Origin: an uncultured Chloroflexia bacterium
GTDB taxonomy: Bacteria > Chloroflexota > Anaerolineae > CG2-30-64-16
DNA length: 64,000 nt
Direction of reading: 5' to 3'
Assembly: GCA_963774265.1 (NCBI GenBank)
Contig: CAVZDU010000010.1
Span: 32,001 to 96,000 of the forward strand
Shown here: positions 10,872 through 22,015 of the stretch, in pieces
Position numbering within the stretch: position 1 is the stretch's first letter
How the letters are laid out: each line of letters starts with the position of its first letter
Made by a program: the position numbers and the translations under genes
Notes under the pieces: model-generated
What the model was told of the DNA's origin: nothing
The model's input: only the letters and a program-made list of their open reading frames with translations
Databases searched by the model: none

Positions 10872-11624
10872 ATGATCGTTCGCCGCATGAGCCGGTCGGA
10901 AGAAGTCGAGCGGGCGCTCCTGGATCAACTGGAGTCGCTTGCCGGTCTTGATGGTCGTCTGCCTACGGAAGCCGAGATCGCCGGGATGTTCGGCGTCAGC
11001 CGCGGCACAGTTCGCGCGGCGGTCGGAGCGTTGGCGACGCGCGGACTGGTGGTGCGGAGGCAGGGCATGGGCACCTTCCTCAACCATATCGCCCATCTGC
11101 GCAACCCCATCGACCAGGCCATCGACTTCTGCGACGTCATTGCACGCAACGGCCGCGAGCCCGGGCGCCGATTTGTCAGGACCGCCATCGAGCCTCCTGG
11201 TCCTGAGGCCGCGGCTGCGCTGGGATTGTTTGACCAGCCTGCGCTCATTCGCCATACGATCTTCACGGCAGATGGCAACCCCGTCATATACTGCGTGAAC
11301 ACGCTCCCGCTGGCTATCGTCACACCTACACTTGCGGAGCGGATCGTCGCCGACCCTGTCATCTCCGAGCCGCTTTACGACTTTCTCGAGAGGGAATGCG
11401 GCCAGCGGCTGGAGTACCACGCTTCCACGATCTGGCCGGCCCTGGCCACTGACTGCAACATGCTTGAGCCGGTCTGCCATCCGCTCTCGCCTGTGTTGGT
11501 GATCGAGGAGACCGGCTTCAACTCGAGTGCGTTGCCCATCCTGCACTCTCGTGAGATGTACCCGGATGCCTTCATGCGTTTTGAGATGATCCGACGTCGA
11601 GGCCGCTCCGTTGAGTGCAACTGA
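10872..11624 (+). CDS. GntR-family (HutC/UTRA type) transcriptional regulator
   Basis: RLPTEAEIAGMFGVSRGTVRAAV...RRQGMGTF winged HTH and a UTRA-like C-terminal domain. Confidence 0.9.
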   Translation: MIVRRMSRSEEVERALLDQLESLAGLDGRLPTEAEIAGMFGVSRGTVRAAVGALATRGLVVRRQGMGTFLNHIAHLRNPIDQAIDFCDVIARNGREPGRRFVRTAIEPPGPEAAAALGLFDQPALIRHTIFTADGNPVIYCVNTLPLAIVTPTLAERIVADPVISEPLYDFLERECGQRLEYHASTIWPALATDCNMLEPVCHPLSPVLVIEETGFNSSALPILHSREMYPDAFMRFEMIRRRGRSVECN

Positions 11625-12861
11625 CGCAGCGGCGCAACTCACGCCGACCGCGCTGCGTCGCGACGAGGTTGGTCTGCTCGCGCGTATCTTGCCGGCCCGT
11701 CTGCTGCTGAACGCCCAGTTTCGCTTGGTCTATCCATTTTTGCCCGCTATTGCGCGCGGCCTCGGCGTGCCGCTTGAAACCGCAGCACTACTCATCGCGT
11801 TTCGCGCGGCCTTCGGCGCGATCAGCCCCTTGTTTGGCCTCCTCGCTGACCGGATCGGGCGCAAGCCGCTGATGGTCGTGGGCGTGGCAGCCCTGGTTCT
11901 TGGCGCGGTCGTGGTGGCCTCTGGCCAGGGGTTCGGCGTCGTCTTGCTCGGCTTTGGACTGTTGGGCATCGCGCAGTCGGCCTATGATCCCGCCATGCAG
12001 GCTTATGTCAGTGACGTCGTGCCGCAGGAGAGGCGAGGCCGTGCCCTGGGCATTGTGGAACTTTCCTGGGCTGGATCCTGGCTGATCGGTGTGCCCGCGA
12101 CCGGCTTCCTGATGGCACGCTGGGGGTGGCAATCGCCTTTCGTAGCGATCGCGGTTCTGGGTTTTTTGTGCGTCTTGCTGACGTTGACCATCAGGGAAGT
12201 AGTGCGTCCTCACCTGCACTACGTTGCACGCAGCGAGGCGCAAGCGTCGACTACGCCACTTCGTGGCTCTGCTGAGAATGCTGGGCTGCCTGGTGCCGTG
12301 CTGCCCCGGCCGGTTGTCTTCGCCCTCGCAGCCAGTGCGCTGATTCTCTTTGCCAACGAAACCCTTTTTCTCGTCTACGGCGTCCTCATGGAGGAGCGCT
12401 TCGGCCTGACGCTGGGTGCATTGGGCGTGGCCTCGATCGTGGTCAGCCTGGCGGAGTTGACTGGCGCGAGCGCGGTCGTGGCCTTGGCCGATCGGATGGG
12501 CAAGCGCCGGTCGCTGATCATTGGCTTGTTGTTCAACGCAGTGTGCTTTGCCCTGCTGCCGCTCACTGGCGTTGCCCTGCCCATGGCCCTGGCGGGGCTT
12601 GCCGTCGTCGCGCTGACGTCCGAGTTTTCGGTCGTGACCTCGATACCCTTGCTTTCCGGACTGGCCGATCACTCACGCGGACTGGTCATGGCGTTGCGGA
12701 CCGCCCTCATGTGGGGTATGGTCATCATCGCTTCATTCGTCGCACCCCGGCTGTGGCAAGCGTTCGGTCTGCCAGCAGTGGCGGCAACGTCAGCGGCTTC
12801 CGTTCTGCTGGCCGCGCTGATCGTGTGGCGCGGCATCCAGTCGGACACTCTTTCACTCTGA
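11611..12861 (+). CDS. MFS transporter
   Basis: About 12 hydrophobic segments, motif A GLLADRIGRK repeated as ADRMGKRR, and ERRGRALG. Confidence 0.9.
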   Translation: MSATDAAAQLTPTALRRDEVGLLARILPARLLLNAQFRLVYPFLPAIARGLGVPLETAALLIAFRAAFGAISPLFGLLADRIGRKPLMVVGVAALVLGAVVVASGQGFGVVLLGFGLLGIAQSAYDPAMQAYVSDVVPQERRGRALGIVELSWAGSWLIGVPATGFLMARWGWQSPFVAIAVLGFLCVLLTLTIREVVRPHLHYVARSEAQASTTPLRGSAENAGLPGAVLPRPVVFALAASALILFANETLFLVYGVLMEERFGLTLGALGVASIVVSLAELTGASAVVALADRMGKRRSLIIGLLFNAVCFALLPLTGVALPMALAGLAVVALTSEFSVVTSIPLLSGLADHSRGLVMALRTALMWGMVIIASFVAPRLWQAFGLPAVAATSAASVLLAALIVWRGIQSDTLSL

Positions 12862-12900
12862 TTCGCACATCACGTATCACCACCCAAGGAGGCGTTGTAC

Positions 12901-14273
12901 ATGCGTAGCAACTGGTTACCCGAGATCGTCAAGCGGGCGCAATCCGGTCCCTACATGAAGGAGTCCGACTTTGACCTGAAACTGACCCGGCGCATCAAGG
13001 AGTTGGTCCGGGAGAAGGGCATCAAGTACGATGCCAGTAACCTGTGCCCGGCGGACGACGACATGGCCGATCGCGTCTGGGAAGCGGGCCTGCAACTCTT
13101 CGTCGAGATGGGCGCATACTGCCAGTCCACCGAGCGCTGCATCAGATTCACGCGCGCGACGAAGTGTTCGAGCTTCTGCGCCAGGAGCCGGGCGCGGTGA
13201 CACTCGGCACGGGCAAAGACGCGGTGGTGATGCGGCATCGCGGGGTCGAGGATACCCAACGCGCGATCATGCACTCCGGTCCCACCGGTCTGCCCAGCAG
13301 CGAGAAGCACCATCCGTTGATCCTGCTCTCCTGCGCACAGGAGCCGTTGGTCGACTGCCTCGGCGCAGGCTCCGTCTCCACGTATTTCGGCGAGAAGATC
13401 CTGCCGGGCACACCGCTGGAAATTCTCGGCGCGCGCCGCGATGCCTCAGTGGCACGCGAGGCGGTCCGCATGGCTGGTCGCCCTGGCATGCACATTAATG
13501 ATGTCGCAGTGCCTCTTACGTGTGCGGGCAAGATGGCGGCGTGCGATCCCCAGACCGGCCTGCGGCCCTCCGACGGGTTCCTGGTCTCCCAAATGGTCGA
13601 GCTGAAGACGGACTTCGACCAGCTCTCGCGCGTCGCCTATCTGAAAAGCGTCGGCATGGTGAACGTGGACCTGATGACGCCGCTGATCGGCGGCGTGGGC
13701 GGCGCGGCGCCCGGAACGGCGGTGGTCTCAGTGGCAGATCACCTGCTGGGCGTGGTGCTCTACGACTCCGACTATCACATGTTCTCGCTGACCCACCTGC
13801 ACTACGTGAATAACACTGATCCGCTGGGTCTGTGGGTGGAGTCGATGGTCGGACAGGCGCTGGCGCGCAACAGCAAGATCGTGACGCTGAACGATATCTA
13901 CGTCGTCTCCGGCCCCGGCACGAAGGAACTGTTCTACGAATGCGCAGCAGGAGCGGTCGTCACGACTGTCTGCGGATTCAACATGCAGGGCGCGGGCACC
14001 ACGGGTGGCTTCTTCGCCGATCGTGTGACCGGCCTGGAGGCGCGCTTTATCGCCGAGGCGTCGCGCGCGTCGCTGGGCCTGACCCGTCAGGACGCAGCCC
14101 AACTCGTGCAGCAGATTCTGCCTCGCTACCAGGCGACCATCACCAGCCCGAACCGCGGCCGGCCGTTCAATGAGGTGTACAACGTCGAAACCGTGCAGCC
14201 CACTGCGGAGTGGCTCGACATGTACTATGCCGTGAAGGAAGACCTGCGTGGCATGGGCTTGAAGCTGGCGTAG
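12901..14273 (+). CDS. mtmB: Monomethylamine:corrinoid methyltransferase (MtmB)-family protein lacking pyrrolysine, copy 1 (one apparent indel near 13155)
   Basis: ADRVWEAG, FTRDEV, LGTGKDAV, SGPTG, MAGRPGM, SQMVELKTD, GPGT, TGLEARF, FNEVYNVETVQPTAEW and LRGMGL match the MtmB pattern. The Pyl-equivalent codon is AAT (13497-13499). AAGGAGG RBS. There is an extra GC in a CG dinucleotide run. The symbol denotes family, not proven substrate. Confidence 0.85.
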
Positions 14274-14302
14274 CCCGGCCCATTATCTTAGGAGCAGACC
14301 AA

Positions 14303-14962
14303 ATGAGCATTTCTGATGACATCAAGAGCCGCCTTTCCAATGCGCTCATCGACGGCGACGCGGACCTTGCCGAGGAGGCCACGGTCGAGGCGCTGGGGGC
14401 CGGTGCGGATCCGGTTGCGCTCATCAACGACGTCATGATCCCGGCGTTGACGGTGGTTGGTGACCAATTCCAACGCGGCGAGGTTTTCCTGCCCGAGTTG
14501 ATGATGGCGGGCGATGCGGCGCAACGCGTGTCCAATCACGTTGAGGCGGCCATCGTAGCGCAGGGTAAGACCACCGAGCCGAAGGGCACGGTGGTGATCG
14601 GCACCGTCATGGGTGACATCCACGACATCGGCAAGAACATTGTGGTGACTATGCTCAAGGCGCACGGTTTCAAAGTCGTGGACCTGGGCCGCAATGTCAC
14701 ACCGAGCACCTTCCTGACCGCCGGGCAGGAGAATAGGGCGGACGTCATCGCCATGTCATCCCTGATGACGACCACCCGGCCCATGATCGAGAACACCATC
14801 AATCTCTTCGGCGAAGTCGGCGCGCGCGATAAGTTCAAGATGATCGTGGGCGGCGGCTGCGTGACCGAAGAGTGGGCTGCGACCCTCGGCGTGGACGGCT
14901 ATTCGCCTGATGCAGTGGGCGCGGTCGAGCTGTGCAAGAAGTTCTCTGCCCGGGTGTCTTGA
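14303..14962 (+). CDS. Methyltransferase cognate corrinoid (B12-binding) protein 1
   Basis: N-terminal cap (GEVFLPELMMAG) plus GDIHDIGKNIV (DxHxxG), DLGRNV, SSLMTTT and VGGG. Confidence 0.93.
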   Translation: MSISDDIKSRLSNALIDGDADLAEEATVEALGAGADPVALINDVMIPALTVVGDQFQRGEVFLPELMMAGDAAQRVSNHVEAAIVAQGKTTEPKGTVVIGTVMGDIHDIGKNIVVTMLKAHGFKVVDLGRNVTPSTFLTAGQENRADVIAMSSLMTTTRPMIENTINLFGEVGARDKFKMIVGGGCVTEEWAATLGVDGYSPDAVGAVELCKKFSARVS

Positions 14963-14987
14963 CAATGTCCGTGTGGCCGCATATAGT
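14959..14987 (+). promoter_or_regulatory. Near-consensus internal sigma70 promoter overlapping the stop codon of corrinoid protein 1
   Basis: TTGACA (14959-14964), 17 bp spacer, TATAGT (14982-14987). Confidence 0.65.
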
Positions 14988-15034
14988 GGGGCGCAACTCC
15001 CTTTCTGCGGTCCTCTCTTTTTGGCAGGTGACCT

Positions 15035-15718
15035 ATGGATCAATCAGGCAATCAGTCGTCGGAGATGCGGGCTCGTCTCCGAAGCGCAATCGAGGGACTG
15101 GATGAGGCCGACGCGGTAGCCCTTGCTCGCGAGGCGCTGGCGGCCGGTCTGTCGCCGCTGGACTTCTTCAGGGCGGTGATTGAGCCGGAGCTGACCGCGA
15201 TCGGCGACGCCTTTTCCCGGCTTGAGGTCTTCTTGCCCGACCTGATGCGTGCGGGCGTCATCGTCAAGGCCGTGCAGAGCGAGGTGCTGGAGCCCGCCAT
15301 TCGACAGTCGGGCGGCGCCAGCACTTCGGAAGGTGCGGTGGTGATCGGCACGGCCCAGGGCGACATTCACGACATCGGCAAGAATATGGTTGCCCTGATG
15401 CTGCAGGTCAATGGCTTCCGGGTGACCGATCTGGGAACGAATGTGTCGACGCAAGCGGTTCTTGACGCCGCGCGGCGGGAGAACGCGGATATCATCGCGA
15501 TGTCATCGCTGCTCACGACGTCCCTTCCCTTCGTCAAGGATGTGTTGGCACGGCTGGACGCTGCGGGCGAGCGGAAGCGGTTCATGGTGATTGCAGGCGG
15601 CGCGCCGGTGACGGCGGAGTGGTCGCAAGCCGCGGGGCTGGACGGATTTGCGGAAGATGCTGTGGAAGCCGTGTCCATGTGTCGCGGCCTGATGGCGCGG
15701 CGCAAGGGGGCGGCATGA
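15035..15718 (+). CDS. Methyltransferase cognate corrinoid (B12-binding) protein 2
   Basis: LEVFLPDLMRAG, GDIHDIGKNMV, DLGTNV, SSLLTTS and GGAPVT. Confidence 0.93.
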   Translation: MDQSGNQSSEMRARLRSAIEGLDEADAVALAREALAAGLSPLDFFRAVIEPELTAIGDAFSRLEVFLPDLMRAGVIVKAVQSEVLEPAIRQSGGASTSEGAVVIGTAQGDIHDIGKNMVALMLQVNGFRVTDLGTNVSTQAVLDAARRENADIIAMSSLLTTSLPFVKDVLARLDAAGERKRFMVIAGGAPVTAEWSQAAGLDGFAEDAVEAVSMCRGLMARRKGAA

Positions 15719-17097
15719 GAAACACTACCCGTTTACTCGACGTGCTTGACCGGGCCGAAACCGGTCCGATCGTCGAGGAGCTCCAATGGGATATGCAGAT
15801 CGTGCCGCACGCCGTGATGGGCCTTCTGGCCGAATACAAGATCAAGATGCCCGCCGTAGCCGAGTCTGTGGTGACCACAGATGATGCCCTGGCGGATCGG
15901 CTCTTCGAGGCCGGCTTCCGCCTTGCCGAGCAGCTCGGCGCGTTCTGTGTCAGCACCAGCCGGCGGATCCAATTCACCCGCGAGGAGATTCGAGCGGCTT
16001 TGGAGGTCGCGCCGGTCGAAGTGACCATCGGTGAGGGCAACGACCGGGTCACGGAACGTAAGCGGAAGGTCGAGGACCGCCTGCCGCCGTTCATCAAGGG
16101 TGGCGGGGTCGGTACGCCCCTTCCGGAGGACCTCTATCTGCCGGTCACACAGTCCTACGCGCAGGAGCCGTTGATCGATGCGGTCATCAACTGCACATTG
16201 AGCCACGTTTATGGCCGTGAGCTGCGCAGCCGGACGCCCTGGGAGGTGCTGGCTGCATGGCATGAGATCGAGCTGTCCAAGGCGGCATGTAAGCGCGCGG
16301 GCCGGCCGGGCCTGGCCCTGGGCTGCGTAGAGAACGCGGTCTCGGAGATCGGCGAGTTATCCGGCACGTCGCACGGCGGCTTCAGCACCCAGGATTGGCA
16401 TCACATCGCCATGATCTCAGAGTTCAAGACCGATTACATGGCGCTGAGCAAGCTGGCGCACCTGGTGCGCACCGGCAGCGTGATCCACGCCTTCTATAAC
16501 ACCATCTACGGCGGCTCATGCGGCGGGCGGGATGGCATGGCGCTGGCGATCGTCTCGGGCTGCATCCTGCTTCAGATGCTCTACATGACCAATACGCACT
16601 CGGTGTCGCCCGCGCATCCCTTTTATGACAACGACACGACGCCGGAGATCCTCCAGGCCATCAGCCTGGCCCAGCAGGCGCTGGCGCGCAATTCCCGGCT
16701 GATGACCGACGTGGTGATCACCCCTGTGGGTGGTCCCGGCACGAAGACGCTGCTCTACGAGTGCGCGGCGATGGCGATCATGTCGGCAGCCTCGGGCGCG
16801 ACCGGCCTGATCGGCCCGCGCTCCGCAGCCGGCGTCAATATCGCGCACGTGTCAGGGCTGGAGGCGCGTTTCACGGCCGAGGTGGCGCGTGCGGCATCCG
16901 GCATGTCGCGCGGCGATGCCGATGGCATCGTCCGCCTGCTGGTGGACCTGTACAAGCCTGACCTGAACAAGCGGCCCAAGGGCCAATCGTTCCAGGAGGT
17001 GTATGATGTGGTGACGGTCAAGCCGCGGTCCGCGTGGCTTGAGACGTACGAACAGGTGAAGGGCGAGCTCCGGCATATGGGATTGCCGCTCGCTTGA
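15715..17097 (+). CDS. mtmB: MtmB-family methyltransferase lacking pyrrolysine, copy 2
   Basis: ADRLFEAG, IQFTREEI, GGGVGTP, SYAQEP, TPWEVLAA, AGRPGLALGCVE, EFKTD, GPGTKTLLYE, SGLEARF, FQEVYDVVTVKP and MGL. The Pyl-equivalent codon is GGC (16321-16323). The ATG overlaps the previous stop (ATGA). Confidence 0.9.
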   Translation: MRNTTRLLDVLDRAETGPIVEELQWDMQIVPHAVMGLLAEYKIKMPAVAESVVTTDDALADRLFEAGFRLAEQLGAFCVSTSRRIQFTREEIRAALEVAPVEVTIGEGNDRVTERKRKVEDRLPPFIKGGGVGTPLPEDLYLPVTQSYAQEPLIDAVINCTLSHVYGRELRSRTPWEVLAAWHEIELSKAACKRAGRPGLALGCVENAVSEIGELSGTSHGGFSTQDWHHIAMISEFKTDYMALSKLAHLVRTGSVIHAFYNTIYGGSCGGRDGMALAIVSGCILLQMLYMTNTHSVSPAHPFYDNDTTPEILQAISLAQQALARNSRLMTDVVITPVGGPGTKTLLYECAAMAIMSAASGATGLIGPRSAAGVNIAHVSGLEARFTAEVARAASGMSRGDADGIVRLLVDLYKPDLNKRPKGQSFQEVYDVVTVKPRSAWLETYEQVKGELRHMGLPLA

Positions 17098-17129
17098 AAC
17101 GTGCACATACGCACATATAGGAGGAGAAC

Positions 17130-18199
17130 ATGTTCAATCGAGTGATGGTCGTGCTCATGGTCGTTGCGCTGGTCCTAACGGCATGCGCGCCGGCCGCTGC
17201 CCCCACGCAAGCGCCTGCACAGGCCGCGCCAACCACGGCCCCTGCTGCGCCCGCGCCAACCAAGGCGCCTGAAGCAGCCGCTCCCGCGGCAGACAAGGGC
17301 AGCCTGGCCGTAATTCTGACCGGCCCTTGGGACGACAACTCCTGGAACGAGGCGGGGTACACCGCCGCGCAGGAACTCGGCAAGCAGGGCGTGAAGATCG
17401 CTTACTCTGAAAACGTGTCCGATGCCGATGCGCCGCGCGTGCTCCGCGAGTATGCCGACAAGGGCTTCCAGATGATCATCGCACACTCCTTTAGCTTCCA
17501 GGACGCCACGTTCCAGGTGGCGACGGAGTACCCGAAGGCCAACTTCGCCTGGGGTGGCGGCATCAAGAAAACCGCCAAGAACGTCGCCGACTATGATCAG
17601 CCGTTCTATCAGGCAGCCTTTCCCGTCGGCGTTATCGCGGGCCACATGAGCAAGACGGGCAAGCTGGGAGCGCTTTATGGCTTCGACATCCCGGTGTGCC
17701 ACGCGATGGGCGAGGCGCTGCTGGCCGGCGCCAAGACCGTCAACCCGAATGCGCAATTGATCGTGACAGCGGTGGGCGACTGGGTGGACGTGGCTAAGGC
17801 TAAGGAAGCCGCGCTGGCGCAGGCCGACGCGGGCGTCGACTTCTGGGTCGAATGTGGTGAGGGCCCGGCTCTGGGCACCATCGAGGCAGCTAAGGAACGC
17901 GGTGGCTATGTAACCGGCTACGTCGGTGACATGACTGAGAACGGTCCCGATGTCGTCCTGACGAACATCATGTGGGACCTGGTGCCCATGTTCAGCAAGA
18001 TGCTCGAGCAGACCCTCGACGGTTCGTTCGACAACCCATGGTACAACTACGGTGTGCCCCAGGGGGCATTGAAGATCAAGTACAACGATGCCTTGAAGAG
18101 CAAGATCCCCCCGAGGCGCTGGCTGCCGCGGAGAAGGTTTTTGAGGATATTAAGTTGGGCAAGTTCGAAGTGCCCTTCGTGGGCGAAGCAGCGAAGTAG
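17130..18199 (+). CDS. BMP-family (purine/nucleoside-type) ABC transporter substrate-binding lipoprotein (indel near 18110)
   Basis: Lipobox LTAC, Ala/Pro/Thr linker, GPWDDNSWNEAGY, HSFSF, SKTGKLG and GDWVD. The true C-terminus (PEALAAAEKVFEDIKLGKFEVPF) is in the frame of ORF 17972-18199. Confidence 0.88.
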
Positions 18200-18240
18200 C
18201 ATCGCAGCGCAAGGGCACACCTTGCGCTAAGTCGGAGTAA

Positions 18241-18342
18241 GCCACAGAGGACGCAGTGCGCACGGAGATCAGGAGAGACCAGCCGGGCAGGACCCCTGCT
18301 CGTTTCTTGCACCATCTCTGAGTTCTCAGTGCCCTCTGTGGC
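18241..18342. repeat. REP-like imperfect inverted repeat between the binding-protein and ATPase genes
   Basis: GCCACAGAGG...GAGAT and ATCTC...CCTCTGTGGC arms. Confidence 0.6.
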
Positions 18343-18369
18343 TTCGATCCGTGCAGGAGGCGTTCTGCG

Positions 18370-19916
<1,547 letters not shown>

Positions 19917-19920
<4 letters not shown>

Positions 19921-20991
19921 CGGCAGTCAAGATCGAGCGGAGCCGTACTGCGCAGGATGGCGCTCCCGCCTGGCTGCTCACCCTTGGCGCACCGCTGATC
20001 GGTGTGGCTGCAGGCCTGCTCATTGGCGCGCTATTAATCCTGCTTGCCGGCGCAGACCCGATCAAAGCGTACGCGGCCATGATGCGCGGTGCGTTCGGGG
20101 GCCGGCGGCAGATCGAAGAGACGCTGCTGAAGACTGCGCCGCTGCTGCTCATGGGGTTGGGGCTGACTGCGGCATTCCGCGGCGCGCGTATGGAACATCG
20201 GCGGCGAAGGGCAGTACTATATGGGAGCCCTGGCCGGCGGCGCCGTCGCGCTGAATTTTGCTGACCAATGGCCGCGGGTGATCTTGATCGTGGTTATGCT
20301 CCTGGCAGGCGTGCTCGGCGGCGCGCTATGGGCTGCGCTGGCGGCTCTTTTCAAGATCCGTCGCGGCATCAACGAAATCATCAGCACCCTCATGCTAAAC
20401 TACATCGCAATCCTCTTTATGGAGTACATGGCGCGCGGTCCTCTTCAGGAACCGGGAGGCTATCTGCCTGAGAGCGCCCAGTTGGCGGCTGCCGCTCGCA
20501 TGCCCGCGCTCTTTGGGAGCCGAATTCACGTTGGCGTCATCATCGCGCTGCTGATGATACCTGTTGTATATGCCCTGCTCTGGTCGACCCCCCTGGGATT
20601 TCGCCTGCGTGCCGTGGGCTCGCGATCGAGCGTTGCACGTTATGCGGGCATCAAAGTCGAGCGGCTTATCTTGTTTGTGCTCATGTTTTCCGGTGGGCTG
20701 GCAGGCTTAGCAGGCATCATCGAGGTGAGTTCGCTGCACACGCGGCTCAAGGGGAGTATCTCTGGCGATTATGGCTTCAGCGGCATCCTGGTGGCGCTCC
20801 TGGGCCGGATGCACCCCGTTGGTGTAGCGGTCGCAGCTGTCTTCTTTGCAGCGTTGACGATCGGCGCACAATCCATGCACGTGGTCTACCAGTTGCCGGT
20901 CACCCTTGCAGGCGCGGTGCAGGCGGTTGTCGTGCTTTGCGTCCTGGCTGCCGACGCCATCGCCCACGGCAAGTTTCACAGGGGGCAGTGA
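19917..20991 (+). CDS. Nucleoside ABC transporter permease 1 (indel near 20185)
   Basis: WNIGGEGQ is restored across the frame break. INEIISTLMLNY, GFRLRAVG and GYGF/DYGFSGILVALLG motifs. Confidence 0.88.
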
Positions 20992-21980
20992 TGGATTGGA
21001 GCCTTGTCCTCAACTGGACCTTTGTGATTGCGCTCTTCACCGCTGCCATTCGCCTGGCTGTGCCGGTGCTGCTCGCCACACTCGGTGAAATCGTGACCGA
21101 GCGTTCGGGCGTCATGAACCTGGGACTGGACGGAGTGATGGTTGTGGGCGGTGTCTCTGGCTTCCTGGTTGCCTACTTCCTGCAAAGCGGCCCCTTGGCG
21201 GGGCTCAGCCAATGGCTGGGTCTCCTCGCAGGGGCGGCAGCAGGTATGCTCATGGGGGTCATCGTCGCGGTTTTCGCGGTGACCCTACGCGCGGACCAGG
21301 TGATCACCGGTGTGACGCTGGTCGTGTTCGGCCATGGGCTCGCCAACTACATCTACCGCCAGCAGTTCAGTTCGCTGACCGCGCGCACGAACGGCCTGCC
21401 GCCCTATGAGGTGCCCCTGCTCAGCCGGATCCCGGTCGTGGGCGATATCCTCTTCAAGCACGATGCGACCGTGTACATCACGGCGTTGCTGGTGGTCGTG
21501 GTTTGGTTCTTCCTGTCGCGCACAACCTGGGGCCTGAAGATCCGTTCGGTCGGTGAGAATCCTGCCGCGGGTGAAACATCGGGCCTCAAAGTTGGCGCGG
21601 TGCGCTATGCCGCGGCGCTAATCGGCACAGCGCTGGCCGGCTTCGGTGGTGCGGTGCTCACCGTGGTGCAATTGCGCATGTTTCGCGAGGGCATCATGGG
21701 CGGCCGTGGCTGGATCGCCGTCGCGCTGGTAATCTTTGCGCGCTGGAAGCCCGGTCTGGCACTCGTGGGCGCGCTGCTGTTCGGCCTGGCCGACGCGGTT
21801 CAGTATCGTATTCAGGCGCTCAGCCAGGTCGGGCGCGGGGCAGGGACCATTCCCTACGAGTTCTTGCTCATGCTACCATATGTCCTGACCATCCTGGCGC
21901 TCCTGGCTCGCAGCAATCGCCGGGGACAGACGCAGGCGCCGGAGGTGTTGGGCCGACCGTACGTCAAGGGTGAGCTCTAA
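20991..21980 (+). CDS. Nucleoside ABC transporter permease 2
   Basis: LGEIVTERSGVMNLGLDG, ADQVITG, GLKIRSVGENP, GRGWIAVALVIF, LPYVLT and APEVLGRPY. Confidence 0.93.
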   Translation: MDWSLVLNWTFVIALFTAAIRLAVPVLLATLGEIVTERSGVMNLGLDGVMVVGGVSGFLVAYFLQSGPLAGLSQWLGLLAGAAAGMLMGVIVAVFAVTLRADQVITGVTLVVFGHGLANYIYRQQFSSLTARTNGLPPYEVPLLSRIPVVGDILFKHDATVYITALLVVVVWFFLSRTTWGLKIRSVGENPAAGETSGLKVGAVRYAAALIGTALAGFGGAVLTVVQLRMFREGIMGGRGWIAVALVIFARWKPGLALVGALLFGLADAVQYRIQALSQVGRGAGTIPYEFLLMLPYVLTILALLARSNRRGQTQAPEVLGRPYVKGEL

Positions 21981-22015
21981 TTCAACGCCGAATTGCAGCA
22001 ATGGAGTAAGCAAAA

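Noticed and set aside
10785-12900. Cobalamin or purine riboswitch ahead of the methyltransferase genes
   Set aside because: The intergenic gaps are short, and I could not identify the conserved B12-box or purine-aptamer elements by eye. An Infernal/Rfam scan would settle it.
12901-17097. Pyrrolysine (amber) recoding in the mtmB-like genes
   Set aside because: Neither gene has an in-frame TAG. The break in copy 1 is a 2-nt indel near 13155, far from the Pyl site, and the TAG at 16328-16330 in copy 2 is out of frame.
17180-17290. Ala/Pro/Thr repeat as a DNA repeat element
   Set aside because: It is the flexible linker after the lipobox of the BMP lipoprotein, a protein-level low-complexity tract.
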